Assembly (NCBI GenBank): GCA_035759705.1
Contig: DASTUJ010000193.1
Location: 1 to 53,360 of the forward strand
DNA: 53,360 nt
Direction: 5' to 3'
DNA from: Actinomycetota bacterium
Lineage (GTDB): Bacteria; Actinomycetota; CADDZG01; JAHWKV01
Shown piece by piece: positions 16,640 through 26,298 of this stretch (position 1 is the stretch's first letter; every line of letters begins with the position of its first letter). Below the pieces are notes generated by a model, which was not told the origin of the DNA, did not search any database, and saw nothing but the letters and a program-made list of their open reading frames with translations. Made by a program: the position numbers and the translations under genes.

Positions 16640-17141
16640 TCTGAACTTCCTCCAGGACGATGTCCTCGAAGGGACGGTCGCCCGAGCGGGTGGCAACGAG
16701 TGAGATCGCGTCGGCGACGTCCTGGCCCTCTACGACCTTGCCGAAGATCGTGTGTTTGCCGGTCAGCCACGAGGTGTTTGCCGTGGTGATGAAGAACTGG
16801 CTGCCGTTGGTTCCGGGGCCGGAGTTGGCCATGGCCAGCCAGCCGGGTCCGTCGAAGGAGGGCCCGCCGCTGACCTCGTCGGCGAACTTGTAACCGGGGC
16901 CTCCGGTGCCGGTGCCCAGCGGGTCGCCGCCCTGGATCATGAAGTTCGGGATCACCCGGTGAAAGATGGTTCCGGCGTACAGGGAGTCGCCGGTGTGGCG
17001 CTCGCCGGTCCTCGGGTGCGTCCACTCCTTGGTTCCGGTCGCAAGGCCGATGAAGTTCTCGACCGTCTCCGGTGCGTGCTCCGGTAGGAGCTCCACTTTG
17101 ATGTTGCCTTTGTTGGTGACAAACGTCGCGTGCTTAGCCAT
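16626..17141 (-). CDS. peptidyl-prolyl cis-trans isomerase, cyclophilin type
   Basis: FHRVIPNFMIQGGDP, GYKFADE, LAMANSGPGTNGSQFFIT, HTIFGKV. Confidence 0.95.
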   Translation of the reverse strand: MAKHATFVTNKGNIKVELLPEHAPETVENFIGLATGTKEWTHPRTGERHTGDSLYAGTIFHRVIPNFMIQGGDPLGTGTGGPGYKFADEVSGGPSFDGPGWLAMANSGPGTNGSQFFITTANTSWLTGKHTIFGKVVEGQDVADAISLVATRSGDRPFEDIVLEEVQITDE

Positions 17142-17448
17142 TAGGCCTCCTGGGTTTTGTGGTCCTCAGGGCCAGTCTATTGGCCCTTCTCCCCTTAAGG
17201 CCTCGCCCGCAGGCGTGCGGCCGCGCGGTACCCCCTTTGGAGCCTTCCAAACCAGGTCGATTCGGGCCGGTACAAATTTTTTCTGAAAATCGTTAAAGCC
17301 CTTACTAAAGCTGCCGATAACTAGGGCGTCGCAAGAACAGCAAGCCCGGAGCACAGACCGGAAGAACAACAGCGACACACCGAAGTTTTGAAGCACAGGG
17401 AAGTTCTCGAAACCTAAACGCAACACCGACAGGAAAGGAAGTGACCCC

Positions 17449-17661
17449 ATGGTTGCAATGCACCTTTGGCTTCAGTACCGCATCGCAGAGCTCAGGAACT
17501 CCGAAGACGGCGCCGCTGCAGTTGAGTACGGCCTGCTCGTCGGCCTGATCGCAATCGCCATCATCGCCGCAGTCATCGTTCTGGGCGAAGAGCTGACCGA
17601 CCTCTTCGAGTTCGTAGGCACCGAGCTGGCGGACGTTCCCGCAGCCCCCGTCGCTCCGTAA
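17449..17661 (+). CDS. flp: Flp-family type IVb pilin
   Basis: 70 aa. Flp prepilin motif G/AAAVEYGLLVGLIAIAII. RBS GGAAAGGAAG upstream. First gene of the tad locus. Confidence 0.85.
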   Translation: MVAMHLWLQYRIAELRNSEDGAAAVEYGLLVGLIAIAIIAAVIVLGEELTDLFEFVGTELADVPAAPVAP

Positions 17662-17677
17662 CCCTTCTAGCAGCTTC

Positions 17678-17729
17678 GCCGGAACCCGGTCAGACCCCGA
17701 AACGCACTTCGGGTTCGCCGGGTTCTGGC
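17678..17729 (+). terminator. strong compound stem-loop just after flp (attenuator/terminator candidate)
   Basis: Outer stem GCCGGAACCCGG (17678-17689) pairs with CCGGGTTCTGGC (17718-17729). Inner stem CCCGAA (17696-17701) pairs with TTCGGG (17708-17713). No clear U-tract. Confidence 0.5.
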
Positions 17730-17806
17730 ATCTAGACCTCAGTACGACCGACGCACCACGAAAACGCACTTTCACCAGCTCGTAGCAAGAAAAGGGGGTT
17801 GAAAAC

Positions 17807-19153
17807 TTGCAAGCTCACGCACGCGACGAACGAGGAGCCGTCCTCGTTATCGTCGCCTTAGTCATGTCTGTCCTCCTGACTCTTACTGCGGGCGGCGTCA
17901 TGCTCTTCACTCTTTACGGAAGCCAGCGCGAAATGCAGAAGGCGGCCGACCAGGCAGCCCTTGCAGGAGCCGCCGGCATGCCCCTGCTCAGGCCCGGTGT
18001 GGCTCTGAGCAGCCTTCCCCTCAACACCGTCTACGACCTCACCGACGACGTGGGCCTGGACGTGCCACTCAAAGGATTGAACAACGTTCCGGACCCCCGG
18101 GCCGTCGCATGTGCCTACGGCACCAGCGGCCTGGCCGCCGACTCGGCGAAGTTCGTGAACTCTTTCGGCGTTACGGCGTCAGGCCTGCCCAGCAGCTACT
18201 GCTCGAGCAGCCCGTGGTCCGACGCACGCGTCAACCCCTCCCTCAACTCGCTGACCACGCCCCTGTCCACCTGTGTCAACGGGCTGACCACCTCCATCAA
18301 CGGCGTCATCTCCCAGCTGCAGGGCAGCTTGGCCGGCCTGTTGAGCAACCCACTGATCGGCCTCTTGCTTGCGCCGCTCGGCTTGAACGTCACAAGTTTG
18401 ACCAATACCGTCACCGGCACGATCACAACGCTGACCGGGACTCTGGATTCGGTGAAGAACCTTGAGGCCCTGGCGCCGGCTCTTCTGACCCCCGAGATGA
18501 CCGTTACCGTCACCGACAAGGTGAAGCCGCCCATCGTCGGGCTGGTCACCGGCGGCGACGGCGTGCAGATGAAAGTTACGGCCACCGCCCAGCGGCGCCT
18601 CAAGAACGCCGTCGTGCTCCCGGCCACGCCCGGCCTGCTCAACACCGACCTGAACACCGCCTTGAACACCACGAAGCCCCAGGTGCTCAACGCCCTTACC
18701 GCCGCCAACACGCAGCTCAACGGCCTGATGACCAGGTTTGGACTCAGCTCGTGCCAGAACCTTCTGGCTCCGACCTCGAGCATCTACCAGGACATCAGCG
18801 ACATCTATTCCCCGCCGGCAAGCGGCACCTACACCGGCAGGGACCTGATCGAGGGCGCGACCGATGCGGTCAACCGGATTGCGGGTGAATCCGGAACGGC
18901 CACCAACGCTCTGGCCGGGGAAGCCTTCCTGGTGATCCGCCAGGGAGCGACTCCGACCACACTGTCCGGCTTGCTGGGCCCGGTTACGAGCCTGTTGGGC
19001 CTGAGTTCCACGCTTCAGACGCTGCCGATACCGGCGCTCGATGTGGCGATGGTGGCGGCGCACAACCTGGAGGACGGCAACATCTCCAACCCCGACCTGA
19101 TTACCGACGCAGCGGCGGCTCGTGGACTGTTCACGGCCACCCTGGTGAAGTGA
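17807..19153 (+). CDS. TadG-like pilus assembly protein (TadE/G-like N-terminal domain)
   Basis: TTG start. N-terminus DERGAVLVIVALVMSVLLTLTAGGV...QKAADQAALAGA is typical of TadG-like proteins. Position in the tad locus. Confidence 0.7.
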   Translation: MQAHARDERGAVLVIVALVMSVLLTLTAGGVMLFTLYGSQREMQKAADQAALAGAAGMPLLRPGVALSSLPLNTVYDLTDDVGLDVPLKGLNNVPDPRAVACAYGTSGLAADSAKFVNSFGVTASGLPSSYCSSSPWSDARVNPSLNSLTTPLSTCVNGLTTSINGVISQLQGSLAGLLSNPLIGLLLAPLGLNVTSLTNTVTGTITTLTGTLDSVKNLEALAPALLTPEMTVTVTDKVKPPIVGLVTGGDGVQMKVTATAQRRLKNAVVLPATPGLLNTDLNTALNTTKPQVLNALTAANTQLNGLMTRFGLSSCQNLLAPTSSIYQDISDIYSPPASGTYTGRDLIEGATDAVNRIAGESGTATNALAGEAFLVIRQGATPTTLSGLLGPVTSLLGLSSTLQTLPIPALDVAMVAAHNLEDGNISNPDLITDAAAARGLFTATLVK

Positions 19154-19617
19154 TGGAGACCACGATGAGAGCCAAGTTCAAGCGTTTCACCGAGCTCCGG
19201 AAGGAGGAGCGGGGCGCCGAGGCAGTGGAGTTCGCTCTTATCTCACCGCTGCTGTTCTTCCTGGTGTTCGGCCTGATCTACCTGCTGTTGATGTTCGCAG
19301 CCCAGCTGTCCCTTGGCTACGCAACCAACGTCGCAGTGCGGTACGCAGCAATCCCGGTCTCGGGGACCGTGTACCCCACCACGGCTCAGGTGCTGGCCAA
19401 GGCAGCCGCTTCGACTCCGTTCTTCAGCACTACAGCCTGCACACCGGTCATGGCTTCCGGAGGTACCAACGCTCCGATCACCCTGACCCTGAACTGCGAC
19501 TTTCCGAACCCAGCCGGCGGCGCCGCCAATGCAATGAAGCAGGCGTTCTTCGGCGGGGGCGACGAAATCGATACCACGCTCGAAATGACGGCCACCGCAC
19601 AATCGAGAAAGGAGTGA
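19150..19617 (+). CDS. TadE-like pseudopilin
   Basis: ERGAEAVEFALISPLLFFLVFGLIYLL, the TadE N-terminal motif. Start is one of 19150, 19153 or 19165. Confidence 0.8.
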   Translation: MMETTMRAKFKRFTELRKEERGAEAVEFALISPLLFFLVFGLIYLLLMFAAQLSLGYATNVAVRYAAIPVSGTVYPTTAQVLAKAAASTPFFSTTACTPVMASGGTNAPITLTLNCDFPNPAGGAANAMKQAFFGGGDEIDTTLEMTATAQSRKE

Positions 19618-19619
19618 AG

Positions 19620-20090
19620 ATGCGTCGAATTCTGCGCCGGGACGATGGCGCTGCCGCACTGGAGTTCGCCATCATCCTCCCGATCCTGCTGGCGCTCATG
19701 GCCTTCGTAGCCCCGTTCATCAAGTTCGGCTACGACTACATGGTTCTCCAGCGGGCCGTCGCACACGGCGTTCGCTACGCCAGCCGTGCCGACATCAACC
19801 CGGTAGTGCGATCCGACGGATCCGTGGGCCGCAGGCCCCTTCCGTCGGAGGTGAAGACGTTCGTAAGCAACTCGTCAAACGGCAAGGTTCTTGCCAGCAC
19901 GGTCGACGTGACACCGAACCCGACCCTTGCAGTCCCGGGTGAGCTCATCACGGTGGAGGTCGACTACGAAATGTCGTACGGACCATTGGCGGAGATCGCC
20001 AATGGAGTAAAGGAACTTTTCTTCGGTGGGGGTGCGTTCCTACCGAGCTCGACAACGGTAACTGTCTCCGCTCGGGGACGCGAGGAATAG
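19620..20090 (+). CDS. TadE-like pseudopilin (second copy)
   Basis: DDGAAALEFAIILPILLALMAFV. GGAG (19611-19614) lies 5 nt before ATG 19620. The GTG at 19614 overlaps the SD, so it is less likely. Confidence 0.8.
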   Translation: MRRILRRDDGAAALEFAIILPILLALMAFVAPFIKFGYDYMVLQRAVAHGVRYASRADINPVVRSDGSVGRRPLPSEVKTFVSNSSNGKVLASTVDVTPNPTLAVPGELITVEVDYEMSYGPLAEIANGVKELFFGGGAFLPSSTTVTVSARGREE

Positions 20091-20100
20091 GAGAAAAAGG

Positions 20101-20832
20101 ATGAACAAGAGGTCAAGTGGAGTCGTGGTGGCAGGAATCGTTGTGGCCCTTCTGGGGATGGTTCTTGTCTTCACATACGCCGGTCGAGTTCGCGCCGGCG
20201 CTGGAGTTTCGGGAGCAGCGGGCACCGCTTACGTTGCAACCAACGACATTCCTGCAGGAACCCGCTGGGAAGACATGGTGGGCGCACTGAAGAAGAAGGA
20301 TGTTCCGGCCGACGTTCGCCCGGCAACCGCCGTGGCAACCACCAGCCAGCTGAACGGTAAGGCAGCCATCCGAGGCATCGCCAAGGGTGAGATCGTCACC
20401 ACGTCGCAGTTCAACACTTCGAGCTCCGGCGGCCTGGACATCCCGGCCGGCAAGAACGCAGTGACAGTCAACCTGACCGTCCCGCAGGCAGTTGCCCGTT
20501 ACATCCAGCCCGGCGCGGACGCCAACGTCTACGTCAGCTACAAGGGCCTGCCCACGGCCGGCAACCCCGCCGACGCCAACGTCACCAAGCTGTTGCTCAG
20601 CAACATCAAGGTGCTCGCGAACCAGCCGATGCAGGCTCCGACGGCCGAGGCAGCAGACGCCGCAACAGCCAACCAGGGCAACGAGGTCCTGCTTACCCTG
20701 TCTCTGTCTCCGGACGAGGCCGAGAAGCTGATCTTCGCCAAGGAAAACGGATCCCTGCACCTGGGTCTCGTCCACCCGGGCGACGCACCCGTGACCTCCG
20801 CCGGCCGGACGTTCAAGACCGCACTGGTCTGA
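20101..20832 (+). CDS. cpaB: Flp pilus assembly protein CpaB/RcpC
   Basis: N-terminal TM anchor, then a SAF-like segment (VATNDIPAGTRWED...) and the conserved tail LTLSLSPDEAEKLIFAKENGSLHLGL. Confidence 0.8.
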   Translation: MNKRSSGVVVAGIVVALLGMVLVFTYAGRVRAGAGVSGAAGTAYVATNDIPAGTRWEDMVGALKKKDVPADVRPATAVATTSQLNGKAAIRGIAKGEIVTTSQFNTSSSGGLDIPAGKNAVTVNLTVPQAVARYIQPGADANVYVSYKGLPTAGNPADANVTKLLLSNIKVLANQPMQAPTAEAADAATANQGNEVLLTLSLSPDEAEKLIFAKENGSLHLGLVHPGDAPVTSAGRTFKTALV

Positions 20833-20833
20833 C

Positions 20834-22891
20834 ATGACTCATAACTCGGAAACCGACCTGACCAGGAGGGCTCATAAAATGGGTGGCTTCAGGCTGGGCA
20901 GTCATCGGAAGGACCGGGGGCATCTGCCCCCGGCTCCGGCCGAGGCTCCGGGCAGTGGTCGGCCGGTTGCCGAGAGCCCCGTGGCGCGGAACAGGATTCA
21001 GCCCACGGAGTTCGGCAACATGGCCAACCCTCTTGCCTCGAGCGCCCGCAAAGCATCTAAGGCAGACGTTTGGGCCTCCACCGGAGCAACCGCTCCTCAG
21101 GAAGCTAACAGCTACTCCCGACCGGGACGGGCCGGCAGGCCCAACTGGGCTCCGGAGCAGGCTCCCGTCGCACAAAGCGGCGCCGGACAGCCTGTGAAGG
21201 CCCGGTGGCAGGCACCTGCACCGGCCCCGGCGGCTCCTGCCGTCAACCGCAACGGTCACTCCACGATCCAGCCGCCTCGTTCCGGCTACAACCCGGAGGC
21301 GCCGCAAAGCGCCAACGGGAACGCTCGGACCGAGATCGACTATGTCGAGGAGAGGCCCACGCCGCGCTCCAACTCGGGAAGCTCGCACCAGTCCGCGCTT
21401 TCGGTCGCTCTCGACAGCCAGCTGTCGGATCCGGCCGCCCGCACGGCGCCGGTTCACGAGCCCGTCAACGAAAACAAGAGCAACGGACGTTCCGCCCAGG
21501 GTGCCTGGGCCGAGGGGATCCAGGACGACGACTGGGACTCCGAGGATGAGGACGAGTCGGTAGACGGCGATCGGGTTCCCAGGGTTCTGGTGCTCGACCG
21601 TGTCGGCGACTTCTCCAACGACCTCGCCCGTGCAACGGTCGACCTGGACCCGGCGCCGGAGATTCTCCGGTTGAGCCGTTCCACCCAGGTGATCGACGTG
21701 GTGGAGCAGGAGGAGCCGGACGTCATCGTGGTAGCTCCGGAAGAGGTGACCGGTGCAGGCCTCAAGCGCCTGGCCGAGATCCACCGGAACGACCCGAAGA
21801 TCGTCATCGTCCTCTCCGAGGGCACCAAGCCGGTGACCTCGGCTCAAACTGCTGCATGCGGGACGAGTGACATCATCCCGGCCGGTACCACCAAGGCACG
21901 TCTGCGGAGCAAGATGATGCGAGCTCTTCAGACCGCCGAGGAGCTGCGCCAGGAACACCTCGTGGTTGAGGAACGGATAGTCATCCAGGAACCCTCTTTC
22001 CTCGAGCAGACGCTTGAGCCCGAGCCGGTCGAGGAGTTCAAGCCGGCGCCGTTTGTCGCCAGGCCCGCCGCCCGCAACACCAAGCTGGCACGGGTCTTCA
22101 CGGTGGCATCGGCATCGGGAGGCTGCGGCAAGACCTTCTACGCCACCAACTTCGCTGCTTACCTGGCGAAGGCAACCGGCGGCAGGGTACTGCTCGTGGA
22201 CCTGGACCTGCAGTTCGGCGAGGTTGCGATTTCCTTGCACCTTCGCCCGAAGCGGACGATCTCCGAGCTCGTACAGGAGGAGGACATCGCCGCAGCGCTC
22301 AGCGACTACGTCGTGGACCACGGCGCGGGCTACAAGGTGCTTTGTGCGCCGCGTGACCCGATCGCCGGCGACAAGGTCGGGCCCCGGGAGACCACCGCAG
22401 TTCTGGAGGCCGCCCGTACCCAGTTCGACTACATCGTGGTGGACACCCCGCCTTCGATCAACGAGACCTGCCTGGCCGCTTTCGACCAGTCCCAGTCGCT
22501 CGTGATCATGGCGACGATGGACCTCCCGTCACTTAAGAATCTGAGGGTTTTCCTTGAAACCCTTAAGAAGTTGAACCTTCCTGCCGATCAGGTATCGCTG
22601 GTCGTCAACAAGGCCGAGTCCGGAACCGGAATCGATCTGAAGGAAGTGGAGCCGCTCTACCCCCAGGGCTTCTCCGCGGTTCTTCCGTATGCCAAGCAGG
22701 TGTCCTGGTCCATCAACATGGGGATGCCCGTCCTGGTAGCCGACCCCAACGCTGACATCAGCCGCAAGCTGTTTGAAGGTGCGGTGAAGCTTGTTGCGCC
22801 ACTTCCGGGGAAGCAAGTTCCCTGGATGGCACCCGCAGCTGCCCCCCGGCGCGGATGGTTCTCTAGGTTATTGAAAGGAAAGGCCAAATGA
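20834..22891 (+). CDS. CpaE/TadZ-type ParA/MinD-family ATPase with a long low-complexity N-terminal extension and a receiver-like domain
   Basis: Deviant Walker A in VFTVASASGGCGKTFYATNFA, then LLVDLDLQFGE and IVVDTPP. Preceded by a REC-like segment (PDVIVVAPE...IVIVLSE). The first ~250 aa are Pro/Ala/Ser/Gly-rich. The exact start is uncertain. Confidence 0.8.
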   Translation: MTHNSETDLTRRAHKMGGFRLGSHRKDRGHLPPAPAEAPGSGRPVAESPVARNRIQPTEFGNMANPLASSARKASKADVWASTGATAPQEANSYSRPGRAGRPNWAPEQAPVAQSGAGQPVKARWQAPAPAPAAPAVNRNGHSTIQPPRSGYNPEAPQSANGNARTEIDYVEERPTPRSNSGSSHQSALSVALDSQLSDPAARTAPVHEPVNENKSNGRSAQGAWAEGIQDDDWDSEDEDESVDGDRVPRVLVLDRVGDFSNDLARATVDLDPAPEILRLSRSTQVIDVVEQEEPDVIVVAPEEVTGAGLKRLAEIHRNDPKIVIVLSEGTKPVTSAQTAACGTSDIIPAGTTKARLRSKMMRALQTAEELRQEHLVVEERIVIQEPSFLEQTLEPEPVEEFKPAPFVARPAARNTKLARVFTVASASGGCGKTFYATNFAAYLAKATGGRVLLVDLDLQFGEVAISLHLRPKRTISELVQEEDIAAALSDYVVDHGAGYKVLCAPRDPIAGDKVGPRETTAVLEAARTQFDYIVVDTPPSINETCLAAFDQSQSLVIMATMDLPSLKNLRVFLETLKKLNLPADQVSLVVNKAESGTGIDLKEVEPLYPQGFSAVLPYAKQVSWSINMGMPVLVADPNADISRKLFEGAVKLVAPLPGKQVPWMAPAAAPRRGWFSRLLKGKAK

Positions 22892-24309
22892 AACTGTCGG
22901 ACCGGGTTGAGCTTATTGAAGTAGAAGCAACGCGCTCGGGCACCAAGGGCGGCAGGCGGCGTACGGCTGCTGCGGCGGGTACCGAGAACTGGGGACAGAT
23001 GAAGCGCCGGGTGCGCGACGCGCTCCTGGAGGAGCTGGGCCCCAAGCTGTACCAGAAGACCAAGCCTGAAGAGCTGAAGGCAACGGTCATGGAGAACCTG
23101 GATGCAGCCCTCGAGAAGGCCGGTGTTTCGGTCTCCCTCACCCAGCGGGCGAAGTTCGCCGCCGAGGTGGCCGCGGACCTGCTGGGCTACGGCCCGCTCG
23201 AGGAGCTTCTGGCGGACCCAACCCTCACTGAAATCATGTGCAACGCCTACGACGACATCTACGTGGAGCGCAACGGAAAGCTGGAGCACGTCAACACGGT
23301 CTTCACCGACGAGGCGCACCTGCGCCAGATCATCGAGAAGATCGTGGCGACTGTGGGTCGCCGCATCGACGAGTCCTCGCCGATGGTCGACGCCCGCCTT
23401 CCCGATGGATCCCGTGTCAACGCGATCCTGCCTCCGGTTGCCGTCCACTCACCGGTGCTTACGATCCGGCGATTCCCAGCCGAGCCGTACGGCATGAAGG
23501 ACCTGATCAACTTCGGGTCCATCACGCTGGACGCAGCCATGTTCCTCGAGGCCTGCGTTCGCGGCAAGCTGAACATCCTGGTGTCCGGAGGAACCGGCAC
23601 CGGTAAGACCACCATGCTGAACGTGTTGACGGAGTTCGTTCCGGAGTCGGACCGCATCGTGACCATCGAGGACGCAGCCGAAATCCGGCTGCACCAGCCT
23701 CACGTGATCACGCTCGAGGCCCGGCCGGCCAACATCGAGGGCGCCGGCCAGATCACCATCCGTGACCTGGTCCGCAACGCTCTGCGTATGCGGCCGGACC
23801 GCATCGTCGTCGGTGAGGTCCGAGGCGGAGAAGCCCTGGACATGCTGCAGGCGATGAACACCGGTCACGAAGGCTCGTTGACCACCATCCACTGCAACTC
23901 GCCTCGCGATGGTCTGGCCCGTATGGAGACCATGGTCCTGATGGCCGGTTACGACCTGCCGCTCAGGGCTATCCGCAGCCAGGTGGCGTCGGCAGTCGAC
24001 ATCATCATCCACATCGACCGCTTCGGAGACGGCAGCCGCAGGGTTACCCACATCTCCGAGGTCCAGGGGATGGAGGGCGACATCATCACCCTTCAGGACA
24101 TCTACCGCTTCAACTTCGCCGAAGGCGGAACCCAGTCGGCCCGTTCCACCGGCCGCCTGCGTCCCACCGGTCTTCGCCCGAAGGTTGTCGAGAAGCTGCA
24201 GGAAGCCGGCGTCAACGTGCCGCCCAAGCTCTTCCGGCCCACCGACAACGAAGCAGCGGCAGCTCCCGGGTCGCTTCGTGCAGTGACCGGCACCGTTAGG
24301 AGGGGGTAA
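22888..24309 (+). CDS. tadA: CpaF/TadA secretion ATPase
   Basis: Walker [15 protein letters not shown], Asp box, Walker [13 protein letters not shown], and His box [15 protein letters not shown] overlap with the upstream gene. Confidence 0.95.
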   Translation: MKLSDRVELIEVEATRSGTKGGRRRTAAAAGTENWGQMKRRVRDALLEELGPKLYQKTKPEELKATVMENLDAALEKAGVSVSLTQRAKFAAEVAADLLGYGPLEELLADPTLTEIMCNAYDDIYVERNGKLEHVNTVFTDEAHLRQIIEKIVATVGRRIDESSPMVDARLPDGSRVNAILPPVAVHSPVLTIRRFPAEPYGMKDLINFGSITLDAAMFLEACVRGKLNILVSGGTGTGKTTMLNVLTEFVPESDRIVTIEDAAEIRLHQPHVITLEARPANIEGAGQITIRDLVRNALRMRPDRIVVGEVRGGEALDMLQAMNTGHEGSLTTIHCNSPRDGLARMETMVLMAGYDLPLRAIRSQVASAVDIIIHIDRFGDGSRRVTHISEVQGMEGDIITLQDIYRFNFAEGGTQSARSTGRLRPTGLRPKVVEKLQEAGVNVPPKLFRPTDNEAAAAPGSLRAVTGTVRRG

Positions 24310-24311
24310 TC

Positions 24312-25259
24312 GTGACGTTTCTGGCAGCAATTTTCGTCGGAGCCGGGCTGCTGATGGTCGTTTTCGGCATCAGCCAGCGCAGCTCCGGCCGGAGGGAGGA
24401 GCTCCGCCAGCTTCTCGAGATCGAGCTGGAGCAGCCGACCAAGTCGCCGGAAGCTCTGTCCGACCTCATGGAGAAGGCAGGAGCCTACGCCGAGCGTGCA
24501 ATGGGCAAGACGGCCACCGCAGTCAGCCTGCGGGGCCGCCTCACCCAGGCCGGCTCGAATTTGAAGGCCGGTGAGTTCGTAGCGATCGTGGCAATAACGG
24601 CCGCAGTCGTGGGCCTGCTGTTTGCGACGCTCGCCAACTCGGTGGTCCTGGGCCTGCTGCTCGCCCTGGCAACCCCGCTGTTGGGCCTGATGTACCTGAG
24701 AAGCAAGGCTCGCAAGCGCCTGATAGCACTCGAGGGCCAGCTTCCGGCAGTGCTTCAGCTGCTGGCGGGTTCGCTCGACTCCGGTTCTTCGCTTCTGCTG
24801 GCTCTCGAGCTGGCGGCCGAGGAGGGCGACGCCCCCCTGGCCACCGAGCTCAGCAGGGTCATCGTTGAAACCAGGGTCGGCCGGCCGCTCCTCGAGTCGC
24901 TCGAGGCAATGGCCGAACGAATCGGGTCCAAGGACATCTCGTGGACGGTGGAAGCCATCCGCATCCAGCACCAGACCGGTGGCAAGCTCGCCGACACCCT
25001 GAGGATCCTGGCCGAGTTCATGCGGGCACGCCTCGAAGTTCGTGGCGAGGTTCGGGCCCTGTCGGCTGAGGCACGGATCTCCGGCAAGGTGCTTATCGCC
25101 CTGCCGGTCGGAATCGGGTTGTTCCTGTTCTTCATTCAGCCCACGTACCTGGAGCCCATGCTCACGACCACCATCGGCAAGTTGATGATGGGCGGCGCAG
25201 TAGTCGGAATGATCCTCGGATCGTTGTGGATGAAAAAACTAGTCCAAGTGGAGGTGTGA
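24312..25259 (+). CDS. tadB: type II secretion system F-family protein TadB
   Basis: 315 aa. TM-cytoplasmic-TM layout; LPAVLQLLAGSLDSGSSLLLALE is the T2SSF motif. Confidence 0.85.
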   Translation: MTFLAAIFVGAGLLMVVFGISQRSSGRREELRQLLEIELEQPTKSPEALSDLMEKAGAYAERAMGKTATAVSLRGRLTQAGSNLKAGEFVAIVAITAAVVGLLFATLANSVVLGLLLALATPLLGLMYLRSKARKRLIALEGQLPAVLQLLAGSLDSGSSLLLALELAAEEGDAPLATELSRVIVETRVGRPLLESLEAMAERIGSKDISWTVEAIRIQHQTGGKLADTLRILAEFMRARLEVRGEVRALSAEARISGKVLIALPVGIGLFLFFIQPTYLEPMLTTTIGKLMMGGAVVGMILGSLWMKKLVQVEV

Positions 25260-25260
25260 G

Positions 25261-26190
25261 ATGGAAACCCTGTTGTTGGCAATGAGTGTCGCGGCAGTCG
25301 CCGGGGGACTCGGGCTAGCCGCTGTTGGGGTTGGCCAGACTCTGTCCGGTCGCCGGGTGGCCACCTCCGCTAGTGAGGTGCTGCTCAGCGAAGGCCCCGG
25401 ATACGACGAGGAGATCGATCGTCCGTTCTCCGAGCGCCTCCTCGGTCCCGCATGGGGCAGCTTCCGGAAGGTGGGACGCATCGTCACGCCTACCTGGCAG
25501 ATGAAGCGGATGCGCCGTCACGCACAGCTCGCGGGCCTCGGCCCCGGTGGTGTCGAGGGACTCCTCGCCATCAAGGCTGCTGCAGTGGCAGTGGGCGCAA
25601 CCGTGATTCCGCTGGCGATGGCAGCCCTGGGAGCCAGCTTCGGTCCCGTGGTGTTGTGGGCGATCATGGGCGGAACCTTCGGGTTCTTCCTCCCGGACCT
25701 CTGGATTGCACGCAAAGGCGAGGCCCGTCAGAACGACATTCGCCGGATGCTTCCGGAGACCATCGACCTGATGGCAATCGCGGTGCAGGCCGGAATGGGC
25801 CTCGAGGGCTCCATCGAGCTCGTGGCCCGCAAGCTGCCCGGTCCTCTGGGTGAGGAGCTTCAGCGCCTCCTCCAGGAGATCCAGCTCGGTTCCAGCCGGC
25901 GTCAGGCCCTTCAGAAGCTGCGGGAGAGGACCGAGATCGGTGAGCTCTCGACCTTCGCCATGGCTCTGATCCAGGCGGACACCATCGGCAGCCCGGTATC
26001 GGATGTTCTGCAGACGCACGCCTCAGAGATGCGGCTCGTGCGGCGGCAGAGGGCACGTGAGTCGGCGGCGAAGCTTCCCGTGAAGCTGCTGTTCCCGCTG
26101 CTGCTGACGATCTTCCCGGCACTGATGATCATCGTCATAGGTCCGGCCGTCATCTCGATCATCGACGCTTTCAGCGGAGGTGCTCTGTAG
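25261..26190 (+). CDS. tadC: type II secretion system F-family protein TadC
   Basis: 309 aa. LPETIDLMAIAVQAGMGLEGSIE, and the C-terminal LPVKLLFPLLLTIFPALMIIVIGPA. Confidence 0.85.
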   Translation: METLLLAMSVAAVAGGLGLAAVGVGQTLSGRRVATSASEVLLSEGPGYDEEIDRPFSERLLGPAWGSFRKVGRIVTPTWQMKRMRRHAQLAGLGPGGVEGLLAIKAAAVAVGATVIPLAMAALGASFGPVVLWAIMGGTFGFFLPDLWIARKGEARQNDIRRMLPETIDLMAIAVQAGMGLEGSIELVARKLPGPLGEELQRLLQEIQLGSSRRQALQKLRERTEIGELSTFAMALIQADTIGSPVSDVLQTHASEMRLVRRQRARESAAKLPVKLLFPLLLTIFPALMIIVIGPAVISIIDAFSGGAL

Positions 26191-26212
26191 CAGCATTTGA
26201 CGGCTAGGTTTC

Positions 26213-26243
26213 AAAGGGCTCCCGTCCCCCCCGGGAGCCCTTT
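26213..26243 (+). terminator. perfect 12-bp hairpin after tadC (end of the tad operon)
   Basis: AAAGGGCTCCCG (26213-26224) pairs with CGGGAGCCCTTT (26232-26243), with a 7-nt loop. Starts 23 nt after the tadC stop. Confidence 0.6.
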
Positions 26244-26298
26244 GTCATTCCCGGAACAACACACCGACCCATCTTCGTGGCGTCGCTAGAATTGTCGA

